DNA of 64,000 nt from Candidatus Rokuibacteriota bacterium (lineage in GTDB: Bacteria > Methylomirabilota > Methylomirabilia > Rokubacteriales > CSP1-6), in the NCBI GenBank assembly GCA_003220225.1, contig QHRU01000038.1, positions 30,971 through 94,970 of the forward strand, written 5' to 3'. The notes under the pieces are model-generated. The model searched no databases. It had not been told where the DNA came from and saw only the letters and a list, made by a program, of their open reading frames with translations. Positions 1-10,336 of the stretch are shown in pieces. Position numbers and translations under genes: made by a program. Each line of letters opens with the position of its first letter. The first letter of the stretch is position 1.

Positions 1-1
1 G

Positions 2-904
2 CGCGGCGCCGGACAGGGCCACCAAACGCTGCTCGACGAACTGACGACGATCGAGGCCGAGCTGCGTGGCGTGCAGGCGGAGTTGTCCCGTGCGGTCGCC
101 GCCATCCATGACGTCGAGCTCCGGGCCACGGAAGGCCGCGTGCGCCGCGAGGAGCTGGGGCAGGACGCCTGGCGCACCTACGGCGTCGACGCGGCGGCGC
201 TGCTGGCGCTCCACGATGCGGCGCGCGACCTCGCGTCCGCCCGAGATCGCGTCGGCGAGCTGGACGCCAAGCTGGCCGCCATCGGTCCCGTGAACCTCGT
301 GGCCGACGAGGAGTACCGCGAGCTCGACGAGCGCCTCACGTTCTTGCGGACGCAGTACGACGACCTCACGGCGTCGATCAAGGACCTGGAAAAAGCGCTG
401 CGCGGCATGACGCGCACGGCCCAGGACCGATTCGCCTCCGCGTTCGCGGAGATCAACCGCCACTTCGGCGAGATCTTCCAGCGCCTCTTCGAGGGCGGCC
501 GCGCCGAGCTGCGGCTGGTCGAGGCCGAGGACGGCGGCGACCCGCTCGACACGGGCGTCGAGCTCATGGCGCAGCCGCGCGGCAAGCGCCTGCAGGCGGT
601 GTCGCTGATGTCCGGCGGCGAGCGCGCGCTGACGGGACTGGCGCTGCTCTTCGCGATCTTCTACTTCCGTCCGAGCCCGTTCTGCGTGCTCGACGAGGTG
701 GACGCGCCGCTCGACGACGCCAACATCCACCGCTTCCTGCGCGTGCTGCGCGAGCTGACGAGCCAGACGCAGTTCCTCGTCATCACGCACAACCGCAAGA
801 CGATGGAGGCGGCCGACATCCTCTATGGCGTCACCATGGAGGAGCCCGGGCTCTCGAAGCTCGTCTCCGTGAACCTCGCCGCGGCCGGCGCGCACGCCGG
901 GTAG
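2..904 (+). CDS. smc: Chromosome segregation protein SMC, C-terminal part (5' truncated by window)
   Basis: GPVNL motif, signature MSGGERALT, Walker B PFCVLDEVDAPLD, QFLVITH; frame open from window start. Confidence 0.95.
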   Translation, partial: RGAGQGHQTLLDELTTIEAELRGVQAELSRAVAAIHDVELRATEGRVRREELGQDAWRTYGVDAAALLALHDAARDLASARDRVGELDAKLAAIGPVNLVADEEYRELDERLTFLRTQYDDLTASIKDLEKALRGMTRTAQDRFASAFAEINRHFGEIFQRLFEGGRAELRLVEAEDGGDPLDTGVELMAQPRGKRLQAVSLMSGGERALTGLALLFAIFYFRPSPFCVLDEVDAPLDDANIHRFLRVLRELTSQTQFLVITHNRKTMEAADILYGVTMEEPGLSKLVSVNLAAAGAHAG

Positions 905-905
905 G

Positions 906-934
906 GTGAAAAGCTCGGGCGCATAGGCTAGACT
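906..934 (+). promoter_or_regulatory. Putative sigma70 promoter for rodZ (GTGAAA-17-TAGACT)
   Basis: TANNNT hexamer at 929-934 with 17-nt spacer to a -35-like hexamer, 11 nt before ATG. Confidence 0.4.
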
Positions 935-945
935 CGTCTTGCAGC

Positions 946-1836
946 ATGGCCTCCGTCGGCGACTATCTCCGCGATCTCCGTGACCGCCGCGGGATCTCGC
1001 TCGAGGAGATCTCCCGCGTCACCCGCGTCGCGTCCGGCTACCTCGAGGCCCTGGAGTCCGACCGCTTCTCCGCGCTGCCCCCGCCCGTGTTCACGCGCGG
1101 CTTCATCCGCGCCTATTGCCAGGCGCTCGGCGAGTCGCCCGACGAGGCGCTGGCGCGCTACGACGGCCGCGAGGGCGGCGCGCCCCCGCCGCCGCGTCCC
1201 ACCGCCCCTGCCGGCACGACGCCGGCGGCCAAGGGCGAGCCGCCCAGCCGCAGCGCCGTGCTCGTCAGCTTCGTGCTGCTGGTGATCCTCGGGATGGCGC
1301 TGTTCGCGGTGGCGCTGATGACGCAGCCGGCTCGCGAGGACCGCGTGGAGCGGCGCATGCCGAGCGCGAGCGAACGGGCGGCGTCCCCTCCACCCACGCC
1401 GACGTCCCCATCGGCGTCGGCGCCGCCCTCGACCGCGAGGGTGCCGGCGGTGTCGTCCACCGCTCCGGGCCCCGGTGTCGTCCGGCCGACGCCGGCGGCG
1501 CCGCCGGTCCCCGCCGTGACCGCCGAGGCCGCGCGCGCGTCGTCGCCGCCGCCCTGGCTGGGCGACGTGCAGGCGGCGACCGGGGGCGTGGCGTCGCCCT
1601 ATCGCCTGGTCGCGCGCGTGTCAGAGCCGACATGGATCCGCGTGCGGACCGAGGACGGGAGCAGCACGGAGGAGACGGTGCCCGCGGGCCAGATCCGCGA
1701 GTGGGTCTCGAACCGCCCGTTCGTCCTCACGCTCGGCAACGCCGGCGGGGTCACGCTGGAGCTGAACGGGCGGACGCTGCCGCCGCTCGGCCCCAGCGGA
1801 ACCGTCATCAGCCGCATCGTCCTTCCTCCGCAATAA
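946..1836 (+). CDS. rodZ: RodZ-like protein (HTH_25, TM helix, Pro-rich linker, DUF4115)
   Basis: N-terminal VGDYLRDLR..RGFIRAYCQALG HTH, single TM, C-terminal LGNAGGVTLELNG. Confidence 0.85.
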   Translation: MASVGDYLRDLRDRRGISLEEISRVTRVASGYLEALESDRFSALPPPVFTRGFIRAYCQALGESPDEALARYDGREGGAPPPPRPTAPAGTTPAAKGEPPSRSAVLVSFVLLVILGMALFAVALMTQPAREDRVERRMPSASERAASPPPTPTSPSASAPPSTARVPAVSSTAPGPGVVRPTPAAPPVPAVTAEAARASSPPPWLGDVQAATGGVASPYRLVARVSEPTWIRVRTEDGSSTEETVPAGQIREWVSNRPFVLTLGNAGGVTLELNGRTLPPLGPSGTVISRIVLPPQ

Positions 1837-1850
1837 CGCTCGTCCTGATC

Positions 1851-1856
1851 TACACT
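1851..1856 (+). promoter_or_regulatory. Putative -10 element (TACACT) 7 nt upstream of ftsY ATG; leaderless candidate
   Basis: TANNNT-N7-ATG, no Shine-Dalgarno. Confidence 0.4.
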
Positions 1857-1863
1857 TGCACCC

Positions 1864-2811
1864 ATGTCCCTGTTTTCGGGTCTGAAGGAGCGCCTGCGTG
1901 ACGGGCTGAAGCGCTCCCAGGAATACCTCGCCACCGGTCTCGCCACCGTGCTCGAGGCCGACCGCCCGATCGACGACACGCTCTACGAGGAGCTCGAGGA
2001 GCTCCTGATCGCGGCCGACCTCGGCGCCGCCATCGCCGCCGACTTCACGAACCGCGCACGCGAGGAGGTCATGTTCGGGACCGTCACGCGCGCCGATCAG
2101 CTCCGGCCGTTGTTCCGGCGCTTCCTGGTGGACGCGTTGAAGCCCGCCGCCCAGCCGCTCAACCTCGACGCGCGGCCGAGCGTGCTGCTCATGCTCGGCG
2201 TCAACGGCGCGGGCAAGACGACCACGGCCGCCAAGCTCGCCGCCTCCCTGAAAGGCGACGGCCGGCAGGTGCTGCTCGCCGCGGCGGACACCTTTCGCGC
2301 GGCGGCGATCGAGCAGCTCGAGACGTGGGGGACGCGCATCGGCGTGGACGTCATCCGCCAAGCCGCCGGCTCCGACCCGGCCGCCGTCGTCTTCGACGCG
2401 GTGAAGGCGGCGCTGGCAAGGCGCGCTGACGTGCTCGTGGTGGACACGGCGGGCCGATTGCACACCAAGAGCAACCTCATGGACGAGCTGGCCAAGCTCA
2501 GGCGCGTGATCGAACGCCAGTGCCCCGGCGGCCCGCACGAGTCGCTGATGGTGCTGGACGCGCCCACCGGTCAGAACGGGTTCGCGCAGGCGCAGATGTT
2601 CCACGAGGCGATCGGGCTGAGCGGCGTGTGCCTCACCAAGCTCGACGGCACCGCCAAGGGCGGCATCGTGGTCCGCATCGTCCGCGAGCTGAAGCTGCCC
2701 ATCAAGCTCGTCGGCGTGGGCGAGCGCGTCGAGGATCTCAAGGCCTTCGACGCCGACGCCTTCGTTGACGCGCTGGTGCCCGCGGATCCCGCGGGAGGGC
2801 CACGCGAATGA
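1864..2811 (+). CDS. ftsY: Signal recognition particle receptor FtsY
   Basis: GVNGAGKTTT, DTFRAAA, DTAGR, TKLDGTAKGG motifs. Confidence 0.97.
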   Translation: MSLFSGLKERLRDGLKRSQEYLATGLATVLEADRPIDDTLYEELEELLIAADLGAAIAADFTNRAREEVMFGTVTRADQLRPLFRRFLVDALKPAAQPLNLDARPSVLLMLGVNGAGKTTTAAKLAASLKGDGRQVLLAAADTFRAAAIEQLETWGTRIGVDVIRQAAGSDPAAVVFDAVKAALARRADVLVVDTAGRLHTKSNLMDELAKLRRVIERQCPGGPHESLMVLDAPTGQNGFAQAQMFHEAIGLSGVCLTKLDGTAKGGIVVRIVRELKLPIKLVGVGERVEDLKAFDADAFVDALVPADPAGGPRE

Positions 2812-3953
2812 CGCCGGAGGCGCTCATGCGGCGCGCGCTCGAGCTGGCCGAGCGCGGGCGCGGGCTGACGTCGCCCAATCCGATGGTCGGCGCCGTCGTC
2901 GCGCGCAACGGCGAGATCGTGGGGGAGGGCTTCCACGCGCGCGCGGGCGGGCCGCACGCGGAGATCGTGGCCCTCGAGGCGGCGGGCGGCCGCGCGCGCG
3001 GCGCCACGCTCTACGTCACGCTGGAGCCGTGCAACCACGCGGGTCGTACGCCACCGTGCGTGCCGGCGATCTTCGCGGCCGGCATCACGCGCGTGGTGGC
3101 CGCGGCGGCGGATCCCAACCCGTTCGTCCCGGGCGGCGGCGTAGCGGCTCTGCGGGAGCAGGGCGTCGCCGTCGTGACCGGCGTGCTCGGCGCGGAGGCC
3201 GCCGCCCAGAACCGCGTCTTCTTCACGGCCATGCGCGAGCGCCGGCCGCACGTGACGCTCAAGGCGGGGATGAGCGCCGACGGCAAGATCGCCGACGTGC
3301 ACGGCGCCGCGCGCTGGGTCACCGGCGAGGCCGCGCGCGCCGAGGCGCACCGGCAGCGCAGCGAGGCCGACGCGCTCGTGGTCGGCGTCACCACGGTGCT
3401 GCGCGACGACCCGGCGCTGACGGTGCGGCTGGACCGGCCGTGGCCGCGCGAGCCGTGGCGCGTGGTCCTCGACACCGAGGCGCGCACCCCCTCCGGCGCC
3501 CAGGTGATCGCCGGCGCCACGCCGTCGCGCGCGCTCATCGCCGTGGGCGAGCGGGCGCCGGCCGCGCGCGTCACGGCGCTGCAGTCGGCGGGCGCGACCG
3601 TGCTCCGCTGCCCGGTCCGCGCCGGCCGCGTCGCCGTCGACGCGGTCCTGGCCGCGCTGTTCGAGCGGGAGGTCCGCGCCGTGCTGGTGGAGGGCGGCGG
3701 CGAGGTGCACGCGTCGTTCCTCGAGGCGGGCGTGGTCGATCGCGTGGCGCTGTTCGTCGCGCCGCTGCTGCTCGGCGGCCGGACGGCGCCGCCGGTCGTC
3801 GGCGGCCCCGGGCGCGAGCTGAAGTCCGCGATCCGTCTGGGACCGATGACCGCGCGCGCCGTCGGAGACGACCTCCTGATCGAGGCCGACGTGCTTCGCG
3901 ACACCGACGGTTCTCTGCCCGACCGCCGCGGCGGCGGCGCCGGCGGCACATAA
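2808..3953 (+). CDS. ribD: Bifunctional riboflavin deaminase/reductase RibD
   Basis: [21 protein letters not shown] zinc motifs, VEGGG reductase motif. Confidence 0.96.
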   Translation: MTPEALMRRALELAERGRGLTSPNPMVGAVVARNGEIVGEGFHARAGGPHAEIVALEAAGGRARGATLYVTLEPCNHAGRTPPCVPAIFAAGITRVVAAAADPNPFVPGGGVAALREQGVAVVTGVLGAEAAAQNRVFFTAMRERRPHVTLKAGMSADGKIADVHGAARWVTGEAARAEAHRQRSEADALVVGVTTVLRDDPALTVRLDRPWPREPWRVVLDTEARTPSGAQVIAGATPSRALIAVGERAPAARVTALQSAGATVLRCPVRAGRVAVDAVLAALFEREVRAVLVEGGGEVHASFLEAGVVDRVALFVAPLLLGGRTAPPVVGGPGRELKSAIRLGPMTARAVGDDLLIEADVLRDTDGSLPDRRGGGAGGT

Positions 3954-3955
3954 GA

Positions 3956-4555
3956 ATGTTCACCGGGATCATCGAGGAGGTCGGCACGGTGCGCGCCGTC
4001 GCGCGCCGGGGCGACGTGACGCGGCTCGAGGTCGCCGCCGCGCTCACGCTCGAGGGCAGCGACCGCGGCGCCAGCGTCGCGGTCAGCGGTGTCTGCCTTA
4101 CCGTGATCGGGCGCGCGCCCGACGGCCTCGCCTTCGAGATGGGCCCGGAGACGCTCGCGAGGACTGCGCTCGGTGCGTTGCGTCCGGGCGCCGCCGTCAA
4201 CCTCGAGCGTCCGCTGCGCTTCGGTGGCTCGCTGGGGGGGCATCTGGTTCTCGGCCACGTGGACGGGACGGGCACGGTAGAGGCGGTGACGCGTGTAGAA
4301 TCGACGGCACGGGTGAGGATCGCTTTCCGCGACCGGGGGCTGGCGCCGCTGCTGATCCCCCAGGGCTCGGTGGCCGTGGACGGTGTGAGCCTGACGGTGG
4401 CGTCGCTCGACGAGGCCGCCTTCGAGGTGATGCTGATCCCGCACACGCTGGCGGTCACGACGCTCGGCCGGCTGGCGGCGGGACGGGCGGTCAACATCGA
4501 GACGGACGTGATCGGCAAGTACGTGCAGCGGTCGCTCGCGGTGAAGGGGGCATGA
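3956..4555 (+). CDS. ribE: Riboflavin synthase (alpha chain)
   Basis: MFTGIIEE start at 3956, [28 protein letters not shown]. Confidence 0.96.
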   Translation: MFTGIIEEVGTVRAVARRGDVTRLEVAAALTLEGSDRGASVAVSGVCLTVIGRAPDGLAFEMGPETLARTALGALRPGAAVNLERPLRFGGSLGGHLVLGHVDGTGTVEAVTRVESTARVRIAFRDRGLAPLLIPQGSVAVDGVSLTVASLDEAAFEVMLIPHTLAVTTLGRLAAGRAVNIETDVIGKYVQRSLAVKGA

Positions 4556-5766
4556 TGAGCGGCTTCGCGACCATCGACGAGGCGATCGAGGAGATCCGGC
4601 ACGGCCGCATCCTGGTCGTCGTCGACGACGAGGACCGGGAGAACGAGGGCGACCTCGTCATGGCCGCCGACAAGATCACCCCCGAGGCCGTCAACTTCAT
4701 GGTCACGCACGCGCGCGGGCTCATGTGCGTGCCGATGCTGGGCGAGCGGCTGGACGAGCTCAAGCTCGGCATGATGGTGGCCGAGAACACCGCGCCGATG
4801 GGCACCGCCTTCACGATCAGCGTGGACGCGCGGCGCGGCATCACCACCGGTATCTCCGCCTACGACCGGGCCGTCACCATCCGCGCGCTCGTCGATCCGC
4901 AGATGACCTCGGCCGATCTCGTCACACCCGGACACATGTTCCCGCTGCGCGCGATGGAGGGCGGCGTGCTGCGCCGCGCCGGGCACACGGAGGCGGCGGT
5001 GGACCTCGCGCGGATGGCGGGCTGCTATCCCGCCGGCGTGATCTGCGAGGTGCTCGACGAGACCGGCGGCATGGCCCGCCTGGCCAAGCTGAGCGATCTT
5101 GCGCGGCGGCACGGACTCAAGCTCATCACCATCAAGGACCTCATCGAGTACCGCACGCAGAAGGAGAAGCTGGTGCGGCGGGTCGCGACCTCGCGGCTGC
5201 CGACCGACTACGGCGAGTTCACCGCGATCGCCTACGAGGCGACGGTCTACAGCCGGGTCCATTTCGCCATCGTGATGGGCAACGTGGCCGGCGACGACCC
5301 GGTGCTCGTGCGCATGCACTCCGAGTGCCTCACCGGCGACGTGTTCCACTCGATCCGCTGCGACTGCGGGCCGCAGCTCAACATGGCGATGGCGATGGTC
5401 CAGAAGGAGGGGCGCGGCGTGGTCGTGTACCTCCGGCAGGAGGGCCGCGGCATCGGCCTGCACAACAAGGTGCGCGCCTACGGGCTTCAAGATTTGGGCA
5501 TGGACACGGTGGAGGCCAACGCGGCACTCGGCTTCAAGGCCGACATGCGCGACTACGGCATCGGCGCCCAGATCCTCGTGGATCTCGGGCTGAAGAACCT
5601 GCGCCTGCTGACCAACAATCCGGCCAAGCGGGCCGGCCTCGAGGGCTACGGCCTCACGGTGGTCGAGCGCGTACCGATCGAGGTGCCCGCGAACCCCGAG
5701 AACCGCAAGTACCTCAGCACCAAGCGCGACAAGCTGGGTCACCTCCTGTCCTCGCTGCCGGATTGA
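4552..5766 (+). CDS. ribBA: Bifunctional DHBP synthase / GTP cyclohydrolase II
   Basis: [40 protein letters not shown]. Confidence 0.97.
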   Translation: MMSGFATIDEAIEEIRHGRILVVVDDEDRENEGDLVMAADKITPEAVNFMVTHARGLMCVPMLGERLDELKLGMMVAENTAPMGTAFTISVDARRGITTGISAYDRAVTIRALVDPQMTSADLVTPGHMFPLRAMEGGVLRRAGHTEAAVDLARMAGCYPAGVICEVLDETGGMARLAKLSDLARRHGLKLITIKDLIEYRTQKEKLVRRVATSRLPTDYGEFTAIAYEATVYSRVHFAIVMGNVAGDDPVLVRMHSECLTGDVFHSIRCDCGPQLNMAMAMVQKEGRGVVVYLRQEGRGIGLHNKVRAYGLQDLGMDTVEANAALGFKADMRDYGIGAQILVDLGLKNLRLLTNNPAKRAGLEGYGLTVVERVPIEVPANPENRKYLSTKRDKLGHLLSSLPD

Positions 5767-6035
5767 GTGGGGGCCCCGAGATGGCCCCCACACCCCCAAC
5801 GCTCGGCAGCGCCCCGGCAAAGCCGTGGCGCTCCTCAGTCCCGCGCTTCGTGCGCGCCCGATTGAGTGGGGGCTCCGACATGGCCCCCACACCCCCAACG
5901 CTCGGCAGCGCCCCGGCAAAGCCGTGGCGCTCCTCGGTCCCGCGCTTCGTGCGCGCCCGATTGAGTGGGGGCCCCGACATGGCCCCCACACCCCCACACG
6001 CTCGTCGCGCCCCGGCGCAGCCGTGGCGCTCCTCG
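5761..6035 (+). repeat. Tandem 99-bp palindromic repeat, about 2.8 copies (family A)
   Basis: Units start at 5761, 5860, 5959; each has hairpin GGGGGCC-ccgacat-GGCCCCC, a C-run, and hairpin AGCGCCCCGGC-aaa-GCCGTGGCGCT. Confidence 0.95.
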
Positions 6036-6063
6036 ACGATGCGATTCGTTCACGCCGTCTGAC

Positions 6064-6567
6064 ATGGCCGGCCGCGCGCCGTCACCCCGCCGGCGGACGC
6101 GGTCGCGCCCCGGCCTCAGATTCGCCGTCGTCGCCGCGCGCTTCAACGAGCCGATCACCAAGCGGCTGCTCGACGGCGCGCTGCACGCCCTCGACGCCTC
6201 CGGCGTCGCCGCGCGCGATCTCGAGGTGCACTGGGTGCCCGGCGCCTTCGAGCTGCCGCAGGCGGCGCTGTACCTGGCGCGCACGCGCCGTTTCGCCGCC
6301 ATCGTCTGCGTCGGGTGCGTGATTCGCGGCCAGACGCCGCACTTCGACTTCGTGGCGGGCCAGGCCGCAGCGGGGATCCAGCGCGTCGGCCTCGAGACGG
6401 GCGTGCCGACGACGTTCGGCGTGGTCACCGCGCTCACGGAGGCGCAAGCGTGGGAGCGCGCGGGTGGTGAAGTCGGCAACCGCGGCGCCGAGGCGGCGGA
6501 GGCCGCGCTCGAAATGGTCTCGTTCGTACAGCGGGTGAGGGGCCATGGGAAAACGGCGCAAGGCTAG
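6064..6567 (+). CDS. ribH: 6,7-dimethyl-8-ribityllumazine synthase
   Basis: ARFNEPIT, VPGAFELP, IRGQTPHFD; ATG 6064 chosen because the upstream in-frame GTG lies inside the repeat. Confidence 0.95.
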   Translation: MAGRAPSPRRRTRSRPGLRFAVVAARFNEPITKRLLDGALHALDASGVAARDLEVHWVPGAFELPQAALYLARTRRFAAIVCVGCVIRGQTPHFDFVAGQAAAGIQRVGLETGVPTTFGVVTALTEAQAWERAGGEVGNRGAEAAEAALEMVSFVQRVRGHGKTAQG

Positions 6568-6958
6568 GGAGGTCGCCCTGCAATTCCTCTATCAGCTCGA
6601 CCAGACGGGCGCCGACGATCCCACGCCCTTCGAGGACGACTTCTGGGGCCGTCATCCCGTGGACGAGGTCGCGCGCGCCTTCGCGGCCTCGCTCGTGCGG
6701 GGGACCAAGGCGCAGCAGCCGAAGATCGACGCGATCATCGCCGAGACCGCTGAGCACTGGGATCTCGAACGCATGGCCGTGGTCGACCGTAATATATTGA
6801 GGATGGCCGTGTACGAGCTGCTGTGCGAGCCCACCGTGCCGGGCAAGGTCGCGATCAACGAGGCCATCGAGATCGCCAAGAAGTTCGGCACGGCCGAGTC
6901 GAGCCGCTTCATCAACGGCGTGCTCGACCGTATCCACCGGGAGCTGCGTCCCGCCTGA
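6545..6958 (+). CDS. nusB: Transcription antitermination factor NusB
   Basis: RRKAREVALQFLYQ, VAINEAIEIAKKF, FINGVLD; ribH-nusB synteny. Confidence 0.96.
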   Translation: MGKRRKAREVALQFLYQLDQTGADDPTPFEDDFWGRHPVDEVARAFAASLVRGTKAQQPKIDAIIAETAEHWDLERMAVVDRNILRMAVYELLCEPTVPGKVAINEAIEIAKKFGTAESSRFINGVLDRIHRELRPA

Positions 6959-6971
6959 GCACGCGCCGCCC

Positions 6972-7697
6972 GTGAGGTACGCCATCCTGTCGGACGTCCA
7001 CGGTAACCTGGAGGCGCTGCGCGCCGTGCTGGCCGACGCCGTGCCGCGCACGGACGGCGTCCTCTGCCTCGGCGACAGCGTCGGCTACGGCGCGGATCCC
7101 GGGGCGTGCGTCGAGCTCCTCGACGCTCGCGCGCGCGCGATCGTCGCCGGCAACCACGAGCACGGCGTGGCGGGCCTGCTCGACCTCGACTGGTTCAACC
7201 GGTGGGCGCGCGCGGCCGCCGAGTGGACGCGCGAGCGCCTCCACGACGATCAACGCGCGTGGCTGGGCGCGCTGCCGCTGACGAAGGACGTGGAGGACGC
7301 CACGCTCGTGCACGCCTCCCCCGAGGCCCCCGACGAGTGGGAATACCTCGTGACGCCCGAAGAGGGCTGGGCGGCCTTTTCCCATTTTGCGACGCGCTGG
7401 TGCTTCGTCGGGCACTCGCACGTGCCGGGCGCGTGGTCGCTCGGCTCGTCGGGACCCGACTTCGAGCCGCGGCCGCGCGTCGTCACCGCCGAGGCCGGTC
7501 GCCGCTACATCGTCAACGTCGGCAGCGTCGGCCAGCCGCGCGACCGCGACCCGCGCGCCGCCTACGGGGTGTGGGACGTGGAGGCGGGGCGCGTGGAGCT
7601 GCGCCGCGTGACGTACGACGTCCAGGCCGCCCGCGACAAGATCGTGGCCGCGGGCCTGCCACGCTTCCTCGCCGATCGGCTGGCCACCGGCACATGA
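6972..7697 (+). CDS. Metallophosphoesterase (YfcE/calcineurin-like)
   Basis: SDVHGN, LGDSVGYG, GNH, GHSH, NVGSVGQPRD motifs. Confidence 0.9.
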   Translation: MRYAILSDVHGNLEALRAVLADAVPRTDGVLCLGDSVGYGADPGACVELLDARARAIVAGNHEHGVAGLLDLDWFNRWARAAAEWTRERLHDDQRAWLGALPLTKDVEDATLVHASPEAPDEWEYLVTPEEGWAAFSHFATRWCFVGHSHVPGAWSLGSSGPDFEPRPRVVTAEAGRRYIVNVGSVGQPRDRDPRAAYGVWDVEAGRVELRRVTYDVQAARDKIVAAGLPRFLADRLATGT

Positions 7698-9217
7698 CGC
7701 GACTCTGGGACGTCACGCTGCACGCGGTGATCTTGATGACGGCCGCCTTCGTGATGGCCCTCGCGTTCCCGCGCACCGACTGGTCGCTCACGCCGTGGGT
7801 GGCGCTGGCGCCGCTGCTCGCGATCGCCACCATCCGCGCGCCGCGGACGGCGTTCTTCTGGGGCTGGGCGTCGGGGACGCTCTTCTTCCTCGTCCTGCTG
7901 CGCTGGCTGCAGTACACCTTCCAGGTCTACAGCGCGATCCCGTGGCCGCTCGTCTACGGCCCCGTGTTGCTGCTCGCCGCCTACTGCGGATTCTGGACGG
8001 GCGCGGTGGCGTGGGCGGTGTCGTGGCTGACCGCGCGCCGGTCGGCCGCGCTGGCGCTGGCCCTGGCGCCGTTTCTCTGGGTGGCCGCGGAGTGGCTGCG
8101 CGGCCACCTCTTCGGCGGCTTCCCCTGGGGCGCGCTCGGCTACTCGCAATACCTGCGCTTGCGCGTGATCCAGATCGCGGAGCTGGCCGGCGTCCACGGC
8201 GTGTCGTTCGTGCTGCTCGCGGTGAACGCCGCCCTCGCCGGCTGCGTCGTGCTGCGCGGGCGCCACGCGCTCGGCGGCGTGGGGGCGGCGGCCGTCCTCG
8301 TCGCGGCCACGCTCGCCTTCGGGGCGGTCCGGCTCGGCGAGGCACCGCCCGCGAGCGTGGGACGCGTCGCGATCGTCCAGCCCTCGATCGAGCAGCCGCT
8401 CAAGTGGGAGGCACGCCACACGCGCGAGACGCTCGGCATCTACTTCGCGCTGCTGCGGCGTATCGGAGAGCAGCATCCCGCGCTGATCGTCTGGCCCGAG
8501 ACGGCGGCGCCGACGATTCTGACGCGGGACCCCGCGCTGGTCGAGCGCTTCCGGGCGGCCTCGGCCGAGCTGGGGGTGCCGATGCTCCTCGGCAGCATCG
8601 ACGCCGTGGACGGCGGCTTCCGCAACACCGCGTTCCTCATCACCGATCAGGGGATCGTGGATCGGTATGATAAAATCCATCTCGTTCCGTTCGGAGAGTT
8701 CGTGCCGCTGTCGGGGGTGCTCCGGTTCGTGCGCCGCTGGGCCCAGTTCATCGCCGAGCTGGAGGCCGGGACGCGCGCCCATGTCTTCAATGCTCCGCCG
8801 GCTCCCTTCGGTGTCGTAATCTGTTACGAGGGCACCTTCCCCGATCTGTTCAGACAATTCGTGAGGGACGGCGCGCTGCTGATGGTGAACATGACGAACG
8901 ACGCGTGGTTCGGGCGGACGAGCGGGCCCGCGCAGCATCTCGCGATGTACCCGTTCCGCGCGGTCGAGCACCGCGTGAGCATCGTGCGGGCCGCCAACAC
9001 CGGCGTCTCCGCCTTCATCGCGCCCAGCGGCATCATCGTGCGCCGCCTGCACCTCTTCGAGCGCGGCGTCATGACCGAGAGCGTGCCGCTGCGCGCGCGG
9101 CGGACGCTCTTCACGCGGCTCGGCGACTGGCTCGGCCTGCTCTCGCTGGCGGTGACGACGGCCGCGGTGGCGGGGACGTGGCGGCGGGCCGGCGCCGCTG
9201 CCGCCGGGAGCGCGTAG
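7694..9217 (+). CDS. lnt: Apolipoprotein N-acyltransferase
   Basis: GFPWGALGYSQ, WPETA, YDKIHLVPFGE, ICYE, TNDAWFG, RAANTG. Confidence 0.96.
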   Translation: MTRLWDVTLHAVILMTAAFVMALAFPRTDWSLTPWVALAPLLAIATIRAPRTAFFWGWASGTLFFLVLLRWLQYTFQVYSAIPWPLVYGPVLLLAAYCGFWTGAVAWAVSWLTARRSAALALALAPFLWVAAEWLRGHLFGGFPWGALGYSQYLRLRVIQIAELAGVHGVSFVLLAVNAALAGCVVLRGRHALGGVGAAAVLVAATLAFGAVRLGEAPPASVGRVAIVQPSIEQPLKWEARHTRETLGIYFALLRRIGEQHPALIVWPETAAPTILTRDPALVERFRAASAELGVPMLLGSIDAVDGGFRNTAFLITDQGIVDRYDKIHLVPFGEFVPLSGVLRFVRRWAQFIAELEAGTRAHVFNAPPAPFGVVICYEGTFPDLFRQFVRDGALLMVNMTNDAWFGRTSGPAQHLAMYPFRAVEHRVSIVRAANTGVSAFIAPSGIIVRRLHLFERGVMTESVPLRARRTLFTRLGDWLGLLSLAVTTAAVAGTWRRAGAAAAGSA

Positions 9218-10319
9218 ATGCTGAGCGATTTCAAGCGCGACGTCGCGGAGCTGACCGGACGCGTCGACGAGCTCCGGGGGCACCTTTGACCTGTCCGCCA
9301 AGGAGGCGCGCCTGGCGGCGCTCGACGCCGAGATGGCGTCGCCCGCCTTCTGGGACGACAACCGCCGCGCGCAAGAGCTGATCCGCGAGCGCGCCGAGCT
9401 GGCCCGCGTGGTGGCGCGGGTGACCGAGCTCGGCGGCCAGGCCTCCGATCTGGCCGTCCTGCTGGAGCTTGCGGGCGAGGCGGGCGACGACAGCGTCGAC
9501 GCCGAGATCCGCGAGGGGATCGCCAGGCTGCAGCGCGAGCTCGACGAGTTCGAGCTGAAGGTGATGCTCTCGGGCCCGCACGACGCGAAGGCGGCCATCC
9601 TCTCCATCCATCCGGGCGCGGGCGGCACCGAGTCGCAGGACTGGGCGCAGATGCTCATGCGCATGTACCTCCGCTGGTGCGAGCGCGCGGGCTTCAAGGC
9701 GGAGGTCGTGGACCTGCTGCCGGGCGAAGAGGCGGGCATCAAGTCCGCCACCATCGAGGTGACCGGCGACTACGCCTACGGCTATCTCAAGGGCGAGGCG
9801 GGCGTGCACCGTCTCATCCGCATCTCGCCCTTCGACGCCTCCAGCCGCCGCCAGACGTCGTTCGCGTCCGTCGCGGTGACGCCGGAGGTCGACGACGTCG
9901 AGGTCACCGTCCGCGAGGACGAGCTGCGTGTCGACGTCTATCGCTCGTCGGGGCCGGGCGGACAGGGCGTGAACACGGCGGACTCCGCGGTGCGGATCAC
10001 GCACCTGCCGACGGGGATCGTGGTGGCCTGCCAGAACGAGCGCTCGCAGCTCCGCAACCGGGACACCGCGCTCCGTATTCTGAAGGCGCGCCTGTACGAG
10101 GTGGCGTCGAGCAAGCAGAAGGAAGAGCTGTCGGCGCTGGCCGGGGAGAAGAAGGGGATCGCCTTCGGCAGCCAGATCCGCACCTACACCTTCCATCCCG
10201 AGCAGCGCATCAAGGACCACCGCACGGGCGTGGAGATCGGCAACGTCGAGGCGGTCATGGACGGCGCCATCGACGAGTTCATCAAGGCGTACCTGCTCTG
10301 GGCGCGGGGGAAAGCGTAG
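9218..10319 (+). CDS. prfB: Peptide chain release factor 2 (programmed +1 frameshift)
   Basis: ATG 9218, CTT-TGA-C slippery site at 9284-9290 after GGGGG; +1 frame carries SPF and GGQ motifs. Confidence 0.96.
9276..9290 (+). promoter_or_regulatory. prfB frameshift signal (GGGGG-cac-CTT TGA C)
   Basis: Canonical RF2 autoregulatory site with internal SD-like run. Confidence 0.92.
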
Positions 10320-10336
10320 CCCCAGGGGGGCCACCA

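Noticed and set aside
2760-2811. FMN riboswitch ahead of the rib genes
   Set aside because: ribD overlaps the ftsY stop; there is no leader space or FMN aptamer motif.
5761-6035. CRISPR array
   Set aside because: Units are full-length near-identical tandem copies with no unique spacers, and there are no cas genes in the window.
5965-6063. RibH N-terminal extension from GTG 5965
   Set aside because: Lies within the repeat; ATG 6064 fits the family length better, though use of the upstream start cannot be excluded.
6955-6975. Relay mini-ORF between nusB and the phosphoesterase (offset 17)
   Set aside because: Register fits 3n+2 but it needs a CTG start; too weak to count.
9218-10319. prfB as a pseudogene
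   Set aside because: The in-frame stop is the canonical programmed frameshift site.
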